This document shows positions 62,701-64,000 of a stretch of 64,000 nucleotides of DNA, piece by piece (position 1 is the stretch's first letter; each line of letters starts with the position of its first letter). This DNA is from Felis catus. Lineage: Eukaryota. The notes beneath the pieces were generated by a model that searched no databases, had not been told where the DNA came from, and saw only the letters and a program-made list of their open reading frames with translations. The position numbers and the translations under genes were made by a program. Location of the stretch: NCBI RefSeq assembly GCF_018350175.1, contig NC_058369.1, positions 372,001-436,000 on the forward strand, written 5' to 3'.

Positions 62701-64000
62701 ACGTGGAGGGGCGTCTCCCTGGCTGTTTGCAGCCGCCCTGTGACCCCATTTACAGACGCTGTCGCCCTGCTGGGTCAGGGGAGCGGCTGGGGGTGCAGGC
62801 TGGTGGGTGGGCCCGCGCAGAGGGCGGGGCACGGACCGCCCCTTCTCCGCTGGCCAGGCTGCACGCGGCTGAGGACAATTGGGGGGGTCACGGGGTTAAA
62901 TGGTATCCAGTCTGCCTATTGAAGGCCCCAGCACGGGACGCGGCCTTGCCCCGCTGGCAGGGGTCTTGTGGGGTGTGTGTGGGGGGGGGGGCACAGAGCC
63001 AGCACCACCCACCACCCCCTCCGGACCAGGCCCGGCACCTCAGGGCCACACTCTGGTCCTCCCTGACAAGGAAAGGGGACAAACAGAAACATTCCAGGAA
63101 GAAACGCGCTGTGAGCTGATGGTAGTCAGTCCCCCGGACTCCACGTCTGCCGGGACGCCAGGACGTGGGTTGGGGAACGGTCTCCTCGGGTGTCGTTAGT
63201 TGAGATGAGCCTGTGCTGGAGTGGGGTGGGCCCTGAGTCCGATGACCCGTGTCCCTGTAAGAAGAGAGCCTTGCAGGCGGACCTCAGGCAGCCGCGGGAG
63301 GCCTGGCCTTCTGTGGACCCTCTGTGGGGATTGGTTGGGGGCGGGGTCGCGGCCGGGATCCGGGCGGGAAGTGCCAGGCTGTGCCCCCGCGAGTGTGCCT
63401 GCCTGAGCCTGGTCCTTCCACGAGAGCGCGGGGTGTCTGCTGTGAACCAGCCTGCGTCCTGGGCCCTGGGGACGCATCTGTGGACAAAGCAGGCAGAGGA
63501 GGCCGTCCCGCGGCGTGGGGGTGTGGGGCCCAGTGGGCTGGGCTGGCACCGTGGCAAGGGCGGGCTGTCTGGGGCCATTATCTTCGAGAGAGTGAGGGCG
63601 TGTCTTGTTTGTGTGTCTGGCTGGAAGGGAGTGTCTGTGCCTGTGCCAGGGACCACGTTGGGGTGGCGTGGCCTGCCAACCCATGGGGAGGGCCGTGGGT
63701 CTGTGTGCGCCCTTGGCCGTGTACGGGGGCTGTGGGTGTGTCTGGGCAGGGTGGTGGGTCTTGGGGTTCCTCTCCAGGTGCGGTGGCCCCTGGGCGTGGG
63801 TCTCACATCTGCCCAGGCTGGCGTGGTGGGGGGTGGCCTTGGGCCCTAGTTCCTGGTCCAGCTGTGTCCCTGTCTGCTTCGTGAGGGGTCTCTGGGGGTA
63901 CCCCCCATCCCGGTGGCACCTGCCCAGCCCCCCGGCCCCAGGGGCTCCCCGTGGCAGGCCAGGTGGGGGCTGCTAACTTTCCTAGTGTTTTTCATCGCCC

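Noticed and set aside
56219-64000. Search for further ARID3A coding exons or a p53 response element
   Set aside because: No LYELD/ARID-domain exon and no full RRRCWWGYYY dimer were seen; this intron continues beyond the window.

Overview
Very GC-rich mammalian genomic DNA. The tRNA-derived CanSINEs carrying the 'tgctgacagctcagagcctggagcctgcttc' segment point to a feliform (cat-family-like) carnivore. The window is colinear with human 19p13.3: ELANE(+), CFD(+), MED16(-), [U6 snRNA locus], R3HDM4(-), KISS1R(+) and the 5' part of ARID3A(+). I traced the coding exons of all six protein genes by hand. All junctions are GT-AG and all frames are intact: ELANE 265 aa, CFD 259 aa, MED16 828 aa, R3HDM4 270 aa, KISS1R 384 aa, and the first two coding exons of ARID3A. 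There are no prokaryotic-type features (CRISPR arrays, operons), and most long ORFs in the supplied track are artefacts of GC-rich repeats. Main observations: (1) a complete RNA Pol III type-3 promoter (octamer, SPH, PSE, TATA) runs straight into the only N-gap, and the gap (137 nt) matches the position and size of a U6 snRNA gene head-to-head with MED16; (2) a minisatellite in CFD has copied the exon 4/intron 4 junction six times, giving a ladder of mostly in-frame 5' splice sites just before the catalytic Ser exon; (3) old L1 relics appear heavily shifted from AT to GC/CpG; (4) the KISS1R C-terminal tail looks frameshifted; (5) unrelated GC-rich minisatellites sit in introns of nearly every gene. 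I found no clearly new biological system. The candidates above are lineage-specific oddities or features hidden by the assembly. Comparisons with human/mouse sequences and repeat consensuses are from memory, not from a search.
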